Positions 30,634 to 40,235 of a stretch of 64,000 bases of DNA are shown piece after piece. This stretch comes from Coleofasciculus sp. B1-GNL1-01 (GTDB lineage Bacteria > Cyanobacteriota > Cyanobacteriia > Cyanobacteriales > Coleofasciculaceae). Numbering within the stretch: position 1 is the stretch's first letter; each line of letters starts with the position of its first letter. The position numbers and the translations under genes were made by a program. The DNA lies in assembly GCA_040220235.1 (NCBI GenBank), contig JAVJTO010000051.1, one strand, 5' to 3'. A model generated the notes under the pieces. The model was given only the letters and a program-made list of their open reading frames with translations. It was not told the DNA's origin and did not search any database.

Positions 30634-30765
30634 TTTACCTATGATAGAGCGATTTATCCGTTGTCATTGGTCATTTGTTGTATGTACTCATCTCCCCCTG
30701 CTTTCCCTGCTTCCCCTGCTTCCCCTGCTTCCCCTGCTTCCCGAACACTGATAAGGAGCTAACTT

Positions 30766-32250
30766 ATGGATATTGTGGTCATTGGTAGCGGATTTGGTGG
30801 ACTCTCAGCGGCGATTCGGTTACAGGCTGGGGGTCATCGGGTGACGATTGTGGAAAAGCGCGATCGCGCCGGGGGGCGTGCGTATGTCTATCAACAGCAG
30901 GGGTTTACCTTTGATGGGGGTCCCACGATTATCACGGTGCCACATTTAATCGATGAGTTATTTGCCTTAGCGGGGAAAAAGACTGCCGATTATGTCAAAC
31001 TTGTCTCCCTTGAACCCTTTTATAATGTTCGCTTTCCCGATGGGTCAGTCTTTCACTACAATAATTCTACCGACTATTTAATTGAACAAATTCGGGCGTT
31101 TAATCCGGCTGATGTTGCTGGATATCAACGCTTTGCTAAAGCTGCAAACGCTATTTTTGAGAAAGGATTGCCATTGATGGAGCAGTCGTTTAGCCGCTTC
31201 AAGGATATGCTAAACGTGGCTCCAGATTTGATTCGCTTACAGACTTATAAATCCGTCGCTGGGTTAGTGAATCAGTACATTCAAGATGAACGATTGCAGC
31301 AAGTTTTTAGTTTTCATCCTTTATTAATTGGCGGAAATCCATTTCAGAGTACGGCTATCTACGCCATGATTCATAAGTTAGAACAGGCGTTTGGGATTTG
31401 GTTTCCGATGGGAGGAACGGGCGCATTAGTTCAGGCGTTGGTGCAATTGTTTCAGGAACTTGGGGGACAACTATTACTGAATCAATCGGTAACGGAAATT
31501 GTCATAGATGAACGGACGAAACAAGCCACAGGCGTGAGGGTAGAGGGTGGAGAAGTCCTGAAAGCGGATGGGGTGGTGAGTAATGCGGATGTGGCGTTTA
31601 CGTACTTGAATTTAGTTTCCCAGAAATTTCGCCGCAAATATAATGACCGTCGCGTTAAAAAAATGCGCTATTCTATGTCCTTATTTGTGCTGTATTTTGG
31701 TACAAATCGTCAGTATCCAGAGATGGCACATCATGAAATATTGATGGGGACTCGGTATCGGGAATTAATGCGGGATATTTTTGTGCGCCAGCAGCTTGCA
31801 GAGGATTTTGCCTTGTACTTACATCATCCGACGGCGACTGATTCATCATTAGCCCCACCTGGTTGTGATAGTTGGTACGTGTTATCTCCAGTTCCTAATT
31901 TGGGGAGTCAAACCGATTGGCGGGTGATGGCGAAACCGTATCGGGATCGGATTATTGAGTATTTGGAACAGCATTATTTACCGGATTTGTCTAAGCATAT
32001 AGTCACCGAACATTATATTGATCCGTTGCATTTTCGCGATACACTAAATAGTTATTTAGGCAGTGCGTTTTCCGTGGAACCGATTCTCACGCAGTCGGCT
32101 TGGTTTCGTCCTCATAATCGGAGTGAGGATATTCCGAATCTCTATTTTGTGGGGGCGGGAACGCATCCGGGGGCGGGATTACCGGGGGTGATGAGTTCGG
32201 GAAAAATTGCGGCGCGGTTGATTGAAGAAACTTATACGGTGCGGGTTTAA
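30766..32250 (+). CDS. crtI: CrtI-type phytoene desaturase family protein
   Basis: GSGFGG, FTFDGGPTIIT, FSFHPLLIGGNPF, QSAWFRPHNRSEDIPNLYFVGAGTHPGAG. Confidence 0.85.
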   Translation: MDIVVIGSGFGGLSAAIRLQAGGHRVTIVEKRDRAGGRAYVYQQQGFTFDGGPTIITVPHLIDELFALAGKKTADYVKLVSLEPFYNVRFPDGSVFHYNNSTDYLIEQIRAFNPADVAGYQRFAKAANAIFEKGLPLMEQSFSRFKDMLNVAPDLIRLQTYKSVAGLVNQYIQDERLQQVFSFHPLLIGGNPFQSTAIYAMIHKLEQAFGIWFPMGGTGALVQALVQLFQELGGQLLLNQSVTEIVIDERTKQATGVRVEGGEVLKADGVVSNADVAFTYLNLVSQKFRRKYNDRRVKKMRYSMSLFVLYFGTNRQYPEMAHHEILMGTRYRELMRDIFVRQQLAEDFALYLHHPTATDSSLAPPGCDSWYVLSPVPNLGSQTDWRVMAKPYRDRIIEYLEQHYLPDLSKHIVTEHYIDPLHFRDTLNSYLGSAFSVEPILTQSAWFRPHNRSEDIPNLYFVGAGTHPGAGLPGVMSSGKIAARLIEETYTVRV

Positions 32251-32379
32251 TCGAGTTTACGATTGGGTTGGGCGCACGTCGGTGGGCGCACGTCGGTGCG
32301 CCCCTACAGCTTCTGGATATAAGCGTCATCCATTAAATCAGGTGTGTCGTAGGGTGCGTTAGCGAAGCGTAACGCACCA

Positions 32380-32772
32380 TTGATAATGCTGATGCAAGAT
32401 ATCTTTTTGACAAAGATGATGGCTGTGCGCTCTCTACTAAATTTTAGGCAATCGGTAATTGTTATAATTAGAACTCAAGAAATATTTTTCCCGCCCAATA
32501 AGCTTTACATCACGATAAAGCTATCGCCAGAGGTGGCTATTTTGCACGTCTACTCAAATGGGGCGGATGAATATGCGTTATGGGGAGGTAACGCGGTGGC
32601 TATGTTGTCACAAACCGAGCCAAAAAAGGCAGAATGTCGGGTGAGCAAGCATGATAAACCTGGAAACGCTTCTATTCTCGTTGGTGGCTCTAGACTCCCC
32701 TACGGTAATACCATGGAGGTTTATGTTCAACTCATCAGTCGTGAAGATTTGGGCAATAACCCAATACACTAG
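32380..32772 (+). CDS. Hypothetical protein (start uncertain)
   Basis: 130-aa ORF only; no recognised motif. Confidence 0.35.
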   Translation: MIMLMQDIFLTKMMAVRSLLNFRQSVIVIIRTQEIFFPPNKLYITIKLSPEVAILHVYSNGADEYALWGGNAVAMLSQTEPKKAECRVSKHDKPGNASILVGGSRLPYGNTMEVYVQLISREDLGNNPIH

Positions 32773-32991
32773 AACTATCCCCCAAGCCCCAAAACTGCCA
32801 TGTCCAAGTTAGCCTGCTATCGTTGGGTTTCGTTCCTCAACCCAACCTACAAAGGTGACATGCTCCCAAAGTCACCCGCCTCACCTTGGTCGAAGGTTGG
32901 TATGATTCAACAGAATATAAAGAGAGCGATCGCGTTCACTGTGATCTGTTCCCCAACCTTGTGCTAACGGCTCAACAGGTGCTAAACGGCA

Positions 32992-33198
32992 ATGTCATCT
33001 AACAACTTAGACCACTACTATAGAATACTGGGACTCGAACCCGGCGCTTCCCTCGAAGACGTGAACCAAGCCTACAAAGACTTGGCATTTATTTGACACC
33101 CCGATCGCGTCCCCGAGGACAATCAGCGCTTACGCCAGAAAGCCGAAGCCAAACTCAAGGAAATTAACCAAGCGCGAGATGAACTGCGATCGCGCTAA
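32992..33198 (+). pseudogene. DnaJ J-domain pseudogene
   Basis: MSSNNLDHYYRILGLEPGASLEDVNQAYKDLAFI*HPDR...KLKEINQARDELRSR*; TGA at 33094-33096 sits where W of WHPD is expected. Confidence 0.85.
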
Positions 33199-33410
33199 CC
33201 ACGAATGGCGGTATTATTAGCATCACCAGTGAGGATGCGATCAGGTTTTCCGGTTCGGGTTTAATGCAAACCCATGGCAGAAACATTATTCTCAGAGGAA
33301 GGAAGATTAAGGGGGGTGGGGTTACCCTGAATAGTGGTAACCCCATGGGTGAGGGGGGAGGTATTCATACTAACGCGAATTCGGGTGACTTGGCAATGGT
33401 AATCTGAATA

Positions 33411-33444
33411 TTGACATAATCACCGCCCTATAAGTGCAGTGATT
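33411..33444 (+). mobile_element. Possible IS200/IS605-type end remnant
   Basis: TTGAC followed by the imperfect hairpin AATCACCGC-N9-GCAGTGATT; no tnpA or tnpB nearby. Confidence 0.35.
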
Positions 33445-33580
33445 CCTCACCACGCCACCTTTTTAAGGGTGATCGCTGAATAGGGGTCAAACGGGCAGGC
33501 GCGAGTCATATCAGGGCGGACAAGAGAGGATGATAATAAAACAAATGCTAAAGCACTGACTACAAACAACAATTAACCAA

Positions 33581-34051
33581 ATGCACCATCACCCAACCCC
33601 CTGGTTCCGTCGTCGAGATATTGTCATCGCCTATACATTGCTGCGAATCGTTTTAGGCATAAACTTTTTTAACCACGGCTTTACACGCCTCGGTAATATT
33701 CCCGGCTTTGCCCAGTCGATGGTTGATTTATTTCAAGATACCTTTATTCCCGAACCTTTAGTCAGGGCACCCGCTTTACTGGTGCCAATTGTGGAATTTA
33801 TTGTCGGATTTCTGGTGACACTGGGATTAGCGACTCAAGCGGCGTTAGTCACCGGATTTGGCTTAATGATCGTGCTGATGTATGGGGTGACATTACTGCA
33901 AAACTGGGATACGGCAACAAGTCAATTGATTTATTGTCTGGTGTTTTTTATCTTAATTGCTGGCAATAGTTTTAATGACGTCTCCATTGATGCATGGTGG
34001 CAACGTCGGAAAACGCGATCGCAGCGTCTTGATCCCTCGGAAACGAATTAA
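33581..34051 (+). CDS. DoxX family membrane protein
   Basis: LLRIVLG..FFNHG, VEFIVGFLVTLGL, four TM segments, SID motif. Confidence 0.85.
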   Translation: MHHHPTPWFRRRDIVIAYTLLRIVLGINFFNHGFTRLGNIPGFAQSMVDLFQDTFIPEPLVRAPALLVPIVEFIVGFLVTLGLATQAALVTGFGLMIVLMYGVTLLQNWDTATSQLIYCLVFFILIAGNSFNDVSIDAWWQRRKTRSQRLDPSETN

Positions 34052-34195
34052 GTAGGTGGACACAATTATAGTTAACGGTGGGGAGCGTTCTTTTTCTTAC
34101 TCGCTCCTGAAAGGAAACAAGCTAAGTTCTTCGTTTATGTAAGGGTTCGATGCTTATTTAAACAACTTAACACAGTACCGTTTTCTTTTGTCCAA

Positions 34196-36559
34196 CTACT
34201 TATTCCCTGTTCCCTGAAAAAAAGGATTAGTCGGCGAACCCACCCTAAATAGCAGAGTAAAAATATCATCATTTACCACCAAATTATTGCCAAAAGCGTC
34301 GCTGCCATAATCATAATCCTGATTTTGCCAATTCAGCGAAAGGGTTGGACTATTATAGCTTTCCCCCAATTTCCACAACAGACTTGCACCATAGCGCGAA
34401 CGACTAGAATTTTCATCAATGGGCGCAAAATAAGCAGACAAGCGCAGATTATCTAGGGGACGAATTGTGACATCAGCCAGGAGTTGATCGGCGTAGGAAT
34501 TGGGGAAAACATCGCCAAAGTATTTAGTTAACCCCAAAGACATGATTCCCCAGTTTAAACGACCGCTAGCGGTTAAGCTACTGGCGGGGGAAATACTCAC
34601 CACATCGCCAATCTGGGTTTCCCGATCTAGGGCATAATTAAAGCCCGTCGCTAAAATTAAATTCGCCTGTTCACCCAGGGAAATCCGTTTAGAAACACTG
34701 CCCCATAATTGACTATAATAGTCGCGATCGGGGTTAAAATAACCAACACCGCCAGCCCTAAACTTCCAACCGTTATTCGTGTTGCGGGTATAATCAGCGC
34801 CGAGATACCCCTTCACTTCTTCGGCGGCAATAATCCCGGCATAATAGCGAATTACATCCTGAGTTCCGCTAAAGTTTCCGGTGAAGCTAAAGTGAGGATA
34901 ATACTGGGTTTCTTCCTGATAAATACTCTCACTAATGTAGTTAACATCGGTGTTGAAAAAGTCTAAATAAATTTGGGTATAAAAATCTTGTAAATTAGCC
35001 GTGGAGAAGATATCATGGTTAACGGCAGAAACCAGTTCAATATCAGTATCAGCCCCCCCCTCTGCACCAGCACGGGCGATTGAGCGCGGCGCACTGGTGG
35101 CTTGATAAAAGAGTTCACCTGTGGAAAACGTGCGATCAATAACTGGAGAAAGACCGAGCCAAATACTATTATAATTAGCCGTAGGAATTTGACTCAGCTC
35201 AGTGATGTCAGGGGTTAAGCTTTCAGCGCGTCCAATTCCGGCGGAATAGATAGTAAAACTACTGGCTGGTAAGCGAGTATTATTGGCGGCGAGGAATAAG
35301 TTACGATTAATATTTCTATTCGCGGGATTGGTACTACCGTCTAAATCGGGAATGACATCGGGTAAAACCTGAGCGCCGAGTTGCAGTGTGGTATTTACTA
35401 GGCGGTTATCGTCGAAGGAAAACATCGTAATGCCGCGAATTGTCCGCCCTAAAACGGCTTCGGTGTCATTGGCTTTAACAATTTGTCGGACTTGGGAAAA
35501 GGTTCCGGTTATCGTGTAATCAATGTCTTCTTCTCTGTCTATTTCTGTTGCGTCACCGTTGTTATTGCGGGGAAATGTCCCTAAATTGGGGAAATAAAGG
35601 TCTAAGCCAATGTCTTGACCATTCGCACCCCGTTGAAAGCCGGGTAATTGCATCACCGCCAAAGATTCTGGCGTGACAACCTCGCCAACTTGAGAGGTTT
35701 GAAAGACGCGAGTGGGAACAAAAAATTGGGGATCAATACTATCACGATCAATGACTAAACCGGGAGTATAGGTACATTGTTCACCACCGGGAGAATTGGG
35801 TAGAATACAAGCCCCGGTTAAACTCATTTGTAATTCTAACCCGGTCATGGTTTGGGGTTCGGTGGTTGTAGTGGTAACGGTGCGTTGGCGGGGAACAGTA
35901 CGCAGTTGGAAATACCTACCTTTTTGGTCTACGGTATAAATATTGGTTCGACTTAAGCTTTCGACAACTTGACTGTCAAGTTTGATTGTGGTATTAAATG
36001 TAAAGTCGCTTTCTTGGGTGTCAGCAAAGGTTTTTCCAGCACTAAATTCCCAGTCAGTGAGGTGAGTAATTGGCGTGTCATTTAGGGGGATAGTGGTGGT
36101 TGAAGGATTGATTTGTTCCTGGGGAGCAATTCGCGGTGGACTAATATAATCGGGGTCAGAGGTGGGAGTGGGTTCTGTTTCTTGAGGGTTAGAAGAAGGG
36201 AGGGGGGAAGTATTAGGTTCTCTTTCTAAAGGTAGATGGGTGGGCGTCGGTTCAGGGGTTAAATTAGGTGAAGTGATTTTGAGATCGGCAGCATTAGTAG
36301 ACCAGTCGAGTCTTTCAGGTAAGCTGGGTTCTTCGGGCGTGACAGAAATAGTCGGAGTTGGCGAAGTTGGCGTATTAGGCTCAGAATGATTGGCAAGATG
36401 ATCTGAGTGGGGATGGGAAAGAGTCGGTGTTAGTGCTGAGGTTGAGTAAGGCAGACTAACGACCGATAAACTAACGATAAGAGTGCTATTGAGTGCGGTT
36501 TTCAGGTTTTGAGAAGGGAAGGTGTTTGGGGAGGGAAAGACAATCATGACAAGGAGCAA
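34196..36559 (-). CDS. Large exported protein; C-terminal half resembles an outer-membrane beta-barrel
   Basis: Hydrophobic leader, Pro/Thr-rich linker, alternating aromatic/Gly strands in the C-terminal roughly 250 aa. Confidence 0.6.
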   Translation of the reverse strand: MLLVMIVFPSPNTFPSQNLKTALNSTLIVSLSVVSLPYSTSALTPTLSHPHSDHLANHSEPNTPTSPTPTISVTPEEPSLPERLDWSTNAADLKITSPNLTPEPTPTHLPLEREPNTSPLPSSNPQETEPTPTSDPDYISPPRIAPQEQINPSTTTIPLNDTPITHLTDWEFSAGKTFADTQESDFTFNTTIKLDSQVVESLSRTNIYTVDQKGRYFQLRTVPRQRTVTTTTTEPQTMTGLELQMSLTGACILPNSPGGEQCTYTPGLVIDRDSIDPQFFVPTRVFQTSQVGEVVTPESLAVMQLPGFQRGANGQDIGLDLYFPNLGTFPRNNNGDATEIDREEDIDYTITGTFSQVRQIVKANDTEAVLGRTIRGITMFSFDDNRLVNTTLQLGAQVLPDVIPDLDGSTNPANRNINRNLFLAANNTRLPASSFTIYSAGIGRAESLTPDITELSQIPTANYNSIWLGLSPVIDRTFSTGELFYQATSAPRSIARAGAEGGADTDIELVSAVNHDIFSTANLQDFYTQIYLDFFNTDVNYISESIYQEETQYYPHFSFTGNFSGTQDVIRYYAGIIAAEEVKGYLGADYTRNTNNGWKFRAGGVGYFNPDRDYYSQLWGSVSKRISLGEQANLILATGFNYALDRETQIGDVVSISPASSLTASGRLNWGIMSLGLTKYFGDVFPNSYADQLLADVTIRPLDNLRLSAYFAPIDENSSRSRYGASLLWKLGESYNSPTLSLNWQNQDYDYGSDAFGNNLVVNDDIFTLLFRVGSPTNPFFQGTGNK

Positions 36560-36766
36560 AATCAGGGTGGAAGCAATGAGGTGTTGGAGATGAAAATCCC
36601 TGGTTTTCTGCGTTGAGTTGGGGTAGGAATTGGGGGTAGATGGTTTAATCGAGAGGCGGATTGAGTTGTGGGGGTGAAGACAGCGATAAAGGAAAGGAAA
36701 TTGGTGCGTTAATGGGGGTTAACGCACCTGGGAAGTTGAGAGTTGGTTAAAGGAGAAGCTAGACTG

Positions 36767-39214
36767 TTAAGCGATAGTGAAATCAGCTTCGGTAATCAGT
36801 GTCGCATCAGTTCTAAACAACGTGACTAAGGTTTCTCCCGTGTCAGCGAAGTTAATCTGAGTCCGACTGCCACGTTCGACAATATCTAGCTGTCCGAAAC
36901 TGAGACCACCGTCTAATTGAAGCAAGTCTACGCCATCTTCAAAGTCGTAGATGGTATCTGTACCCATTCCTGATGCTAGGACAAAGGTATCGCGTCCAGC
37001 ACCACCATAGAGGCGATCGCGACCTGCACCACCATTGAGGAGGTCGTCGCCTGCACCACCTTTGATGAGGTCGTTACCCATATCGCCAAGAAGGATATCG
37101 TTACCATTATCACCGTAGAGGCGATCGCGACCTGCACCACCATTGATGAGGTCATCGCCTGCACCACCATAAAGGATGTCGTTACCAGCATCACCGTTGA
37201 TGGTATCGTTTCCGGCATTACCGTAGAGGCGATCATTCCCAGCTAAACCGTTGATTTGATCTACACTGGCAGTACCCCGCAGCAAATCTCGGTTGGGTGT
37301 ACCGTACATTGTCTCGTCGATGTCATTAACATTGATAGTTAACGTCTCTTCGTAACTCTCTCCACCTTGGTCGGTAGTGCGAACACGGACGCTGTAGCTA
37401 CCTTTGGTTTCAAAGTCGGGGGAAGCATTGATTTGCAGTTGATCGCCGTCAAGGGTGAAGGCAGCGTTATCTGTATCACCTTCTCCTTCTACCAAGGTAT
37501 AAGTAAAGGTATCGCCTGTATCGGGGTCAGTGCTGCTGAAAGTGCCAACGACGGTGTTAGCGGCAACATTTTCATCAATGCTGTTGTTGCTCAGACCCAG
37601 AGCAGTGGGGGCTTCGTTGACATCATTGATCCTAATGGTCAAGTCTTTCTCAAAAGTACCACCTTTACCATCATCAGTTTGGACGCGGATGCTGTAGCTA
37701 TCTTTGGTTTCAAAGTCGGGGGAAGCTTTGATTTGCAGTTGATCGCCGTCAATAGTGAAGGCGTCGTTATCCCCGTAGCCTTCTATCAAAGTGTAAGTAA
37801 AAGTATCGTCTGTATCGGGGTCAATGGTGCTGAAAGTACCAACTGTGGTGTTAGAGGCAACGTTTTCATCAATGGTGTTATCACTGAGGCTGAGATCAGT
37901 GGGAGCGCTATTGGTGGGAGCGGCACTAATTTTGATCGCTTTACTATTTCCTAAGAGGGGATTACTACTATCGTTGTATGATACTAACAATGGATCGGGA
38001 TTATCATCGGCGTTTTTAATGCCGACTGTCGCACTAGCCCCACTGTTTTGATAATTATCACTATCCAAATTGATGTAGTTGAAAGTAATATTCCCTGCAT
38101 TTGTACCTGTATTTAACTGTAGAATGCTCTGGAAGTTTATGCTGCTGGGACTTGGTATCTCTTCATAGTAGAAGTCCAACTTAGGATAAGCATTGTAGTA
38201 GTCTTGCTCATTGTAGTAGTACGTTTCATTGTAGTAGTACGGTTCATTGTAGTAGTATGGTTCATTGTGGTACAGAAAGCTAAAGTGATGTTCATCTAGT
38301 CCGTAGACTTGATTCCACTCAATTACCAGTTGGTCGTTAGTGCCGTCGTTGTTGAGATCTTGGAATTGATAGAGAACTTGGTCATTTGTATTTACATAAG
38401 TTATCCAGTTATCCCACAAGGGGGCGATCGCTGCTTGACTGGGAGTAGAAGTGAACTCTGTGTTCCCAGAGTTGGAGTTACCACTACCAAAAGTAATCAG
38501 ACCATTATCACTGATATACAACGAAGAGTAGTTGGTGCCATAAAAGTTGAAAGTGTTGCTCCCTAAGCTGATTTCAGTAAAACTATTATCAGCGTTAGTC
38601 AGAATGGAGGTAACTCCAGTAGTATCGGGAATAAGATCGATTGCTTGGTATGTTATGTCTGTAGCCTTGTAGCCAAAGGCGTTGGCTAATACATAGTAAT
38701 AGTTCACCATTACCTTGGGTTGCAGCGCTAACTCTGGCTGCGTTTGGGCTGTCGTTACTTCTAACTCCCAGTTTCCACCTTTAGCAGCACTACCCGTCAG
38801 CGTCTTAGACGCCGCAATTTGTGCCCCAGTCAGAGTCTGCAACTTAGTAATAAATTCGGCACCCGCATCGCCAGCCGCAACGTTACAACCATAGAGAAGA
38901 AGATTATCAACATCCCACTGTTGCAGTTGCGTCGCATAACGGTTGAAAGTATCTAAACTCAGTTGGCTATCCCCCAAATACAAACAACCAGGCGCACCGT
39001 GGGAAACAATATGTACTTCGTCAACATCCTGACGCTGTTGTAAAACCTGGCTAATTTGCACAATGCCATCAGCCGCTCTATCTAAGACAAATACTTCAGC
39101 GCTGGGAATAACCCCATCAACTAATTGCTGGTAATTATCAACACCAGCATCAATAAAAACAAGCGTAGCGACTTGATTGGAAGGCGTTAGGGTGGAATGT
39201 ACGGTTGATTTCAT
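36767..39214 (-). CDS. DUF4347 + cadherin x2 + RTX Ca-binding surface protein
   Basis: VFIDAGV, HIVSHG.PG, LLLYGCNVA, GNWELE; two cadherin repeats (PDFETK..YS.RV); many GGAGxDxL nonapeptides. Confidence 0.9.
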   Translation of the reverse strand: MKSTVHSTLTPSNQVATLVFIDAGVDNYQQLVDGVIPSAEVFVLDRAADGIVQISQVLQQRQDVDEVHIVSHGAPGCLYLGDSQLSLDTFNRYATQLQQWDVDNLLLYGCNVAAGDAGAEFITKLQTLTGAQIAASKTLTGSAAKGGNWELEVTTAQTQPELALQPKVMVNYYYVLANAFGYKATDITYQAIDLIPDTTGVTSILTNADNSFTEISLGSNTFNFYGTNYSSLYISDNGLITFGSGNSNSGNTEFTSTPSQAAIAPLWDNWITYVNTNDQVLYQFQDLNNDGTNDQLVIEWNQVYGLDEHHFSFLYHNEPYYYNEPYYYNETYYYNEQDYYNAYPKLDFYYEEIPSPSSINFQSILQLNTGTNAGNITFNYINLDSDNYQNSGASATVGIKNADDNPDPLLVSYNDSSNPLLGNSKAIKISAAPTNSAPTDLSLSDNTIDENVASNTTVGTFSTIDPDTDDTFTYTLIEGYGDNDAFTIDGDQLQIKASPDFETKDSYSIRVQTDDGKGGTFEKDLTIRINDVNEAPTALGLSNNSIDENVAANTVVGTFSSTDPDTGDTFTYTLVEGEGDTDNAAFTLDGDQLQINASPDFETKGSYSVRVRTTDQGGESYEETLTINVNDIDETMYGTPNRDLLRGTASVDQINGLAGNDRLYGNAGNDTINGDAGNDILYGGAGDDLINGGAGRDRLYGDNGNDILLGDMGNDLIKGGAGDDLLNGGAGRDRLYGGAGRDTFVLASGMGTDTIYDFEDGVDLLQLDGGLSFGQLDIVERGSRTQINFADTGETLVTLFRTDATLITEADFTIA
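38191..38270 (-). repeat. 18-bp coding tandem repeat (NE-P/T/Q-YYY type)
   Basis: Four copies of CATTGTAGTAGT-N6 plus a partial fifth. Confidence 0.9.
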
Positions 39215-39387
39215 CTTCAGGGTTTCCGTTTGATACTTGAATTGTGGACAAAAAATTCCCCCTTCCTGAGGATCTCGCCTTAACTCTGTAGGAAGAAAGT
39301 CGGTGAGATCCTCAAGTAATGTCTGAGAGGGAATAAAATTAATTAACTGGCTTGGGTTGACTGATTAGTTAACAACTTGCAGCAGTT

Positions 39388-39828
39388 CTACAGATCGGTA
39401 TTAGTATTAGTCTCAACAGGAGCTGTAACTACCGATTCACCACTTGCAGTGCCAATTTCGATGCTGAACCCTTCAGTGAAGCTATTTCTTTGCAGCTCTC
39501 CAAGTGCAGGATCTTCACCTCCTGTGAGGGAAGCCATAGACGGATCACCAATTGCGTCAGCAGAAATTACGCCAGCACTACCTAAAGAGAATGCTGAGTT
39601 TTGTACGTCTGGTGTTCCCCCCCCGGCGTAGTTAAACGCAGCTGCAGCAGCATCTTGTTTACCAACAGCAGCGGAGACAGCCACGCCAGTCACATTACCT
39701 CCATCCACAGTGAAAGCCGCAGCACCCGCGACACCCCCTTCACCCGCACGAGCGATAGAGGTGAAACCAACAAGACTAACAGCAGTAGCAGCAAGAGCAA
39801 CGGAAGCTTTAACAGTTTGGAATTTCAT
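39388..39828 (-). CDS. Small secreted Ala/Gly/Ser-rich protein
   Basis: Start MKFQTVK, Sec signal ending ARA, mature region GEGGVAGAAAF... Confidence 0.75.
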   Translation of the reverse strand: MKFQTVKASVALAATAVSLVGFTSIARAGEGGVAGAAAFTVDGGNVTGVAVSAAVGKQDAAAAAFNYAGGGTPDVQNSAFSLGSAGVISADAIGDPSMASLTGGEDPALGELQRNSFTEGFSIEIGTASGESVVTAPVETNTNTDL

Positions 39829-40235
39829 GGGATATTTTCTCTCAAAAAACAAGGACAACAGTTGATGAAATACAGAACTCATAGTTTGCCAACGCCTTAT
39901 TAATGGAGTGAGAAACTCATGGCGTTCTGTATGTGATAGATCCCCCGGTGACCAAGCTAGAAAACAGGAACAGCATTCAGGAGTAAGCAAACCTCTAGTT
40001 TTCAAACCACCCGAAACAATAGCTAATCGTTTTAGGGAGGTTATCACTCCTGAGCGTCAATCTAACTCTTGATTGATTCAGAAGTTGGCTTCACCGTCTG
40101 GCTTTCTGCCTTCTTGTCTCTATCATTACCTGTCTTTTTGTAAATGTCAGTCGGAAAAGTCCGGATTTTAAGTCAGAAAAGTCGAATGATAGATTAAAGC
40201 AATATTGTTGAATCGATACCAGTTGTGCAAAACGA

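Noticed and set aside
33094..33096. In-frame TGA as selenocysteine or recoding
   Set aside because: It replaces Trp (TGG to TGA) in a fragmentary gene, I saw no SECIS-like context, and TGA is a normal stop elsewhere in the window.
37310..37910. Near-identical duplicated segments as a DGR template/variable repeat
   Set aside because: They are in-frame cadherin repeats, differences are not adenine-specific, and there is no reverse transcriptase.
39829..40047. Longer start for the secreted protein
   Set aside because: The signal peptide begins at MKFQTVK (39828); the upstream part looks like untranslated leader.
39960..40060. Riboswitch in the leader of the secreted gene
   Set aside because: An inverted repeat (TCAGGAGT/ACTCCTGA) is present, but I could not match c-di-GMP, c-di-AMP or other known consensus sequences.
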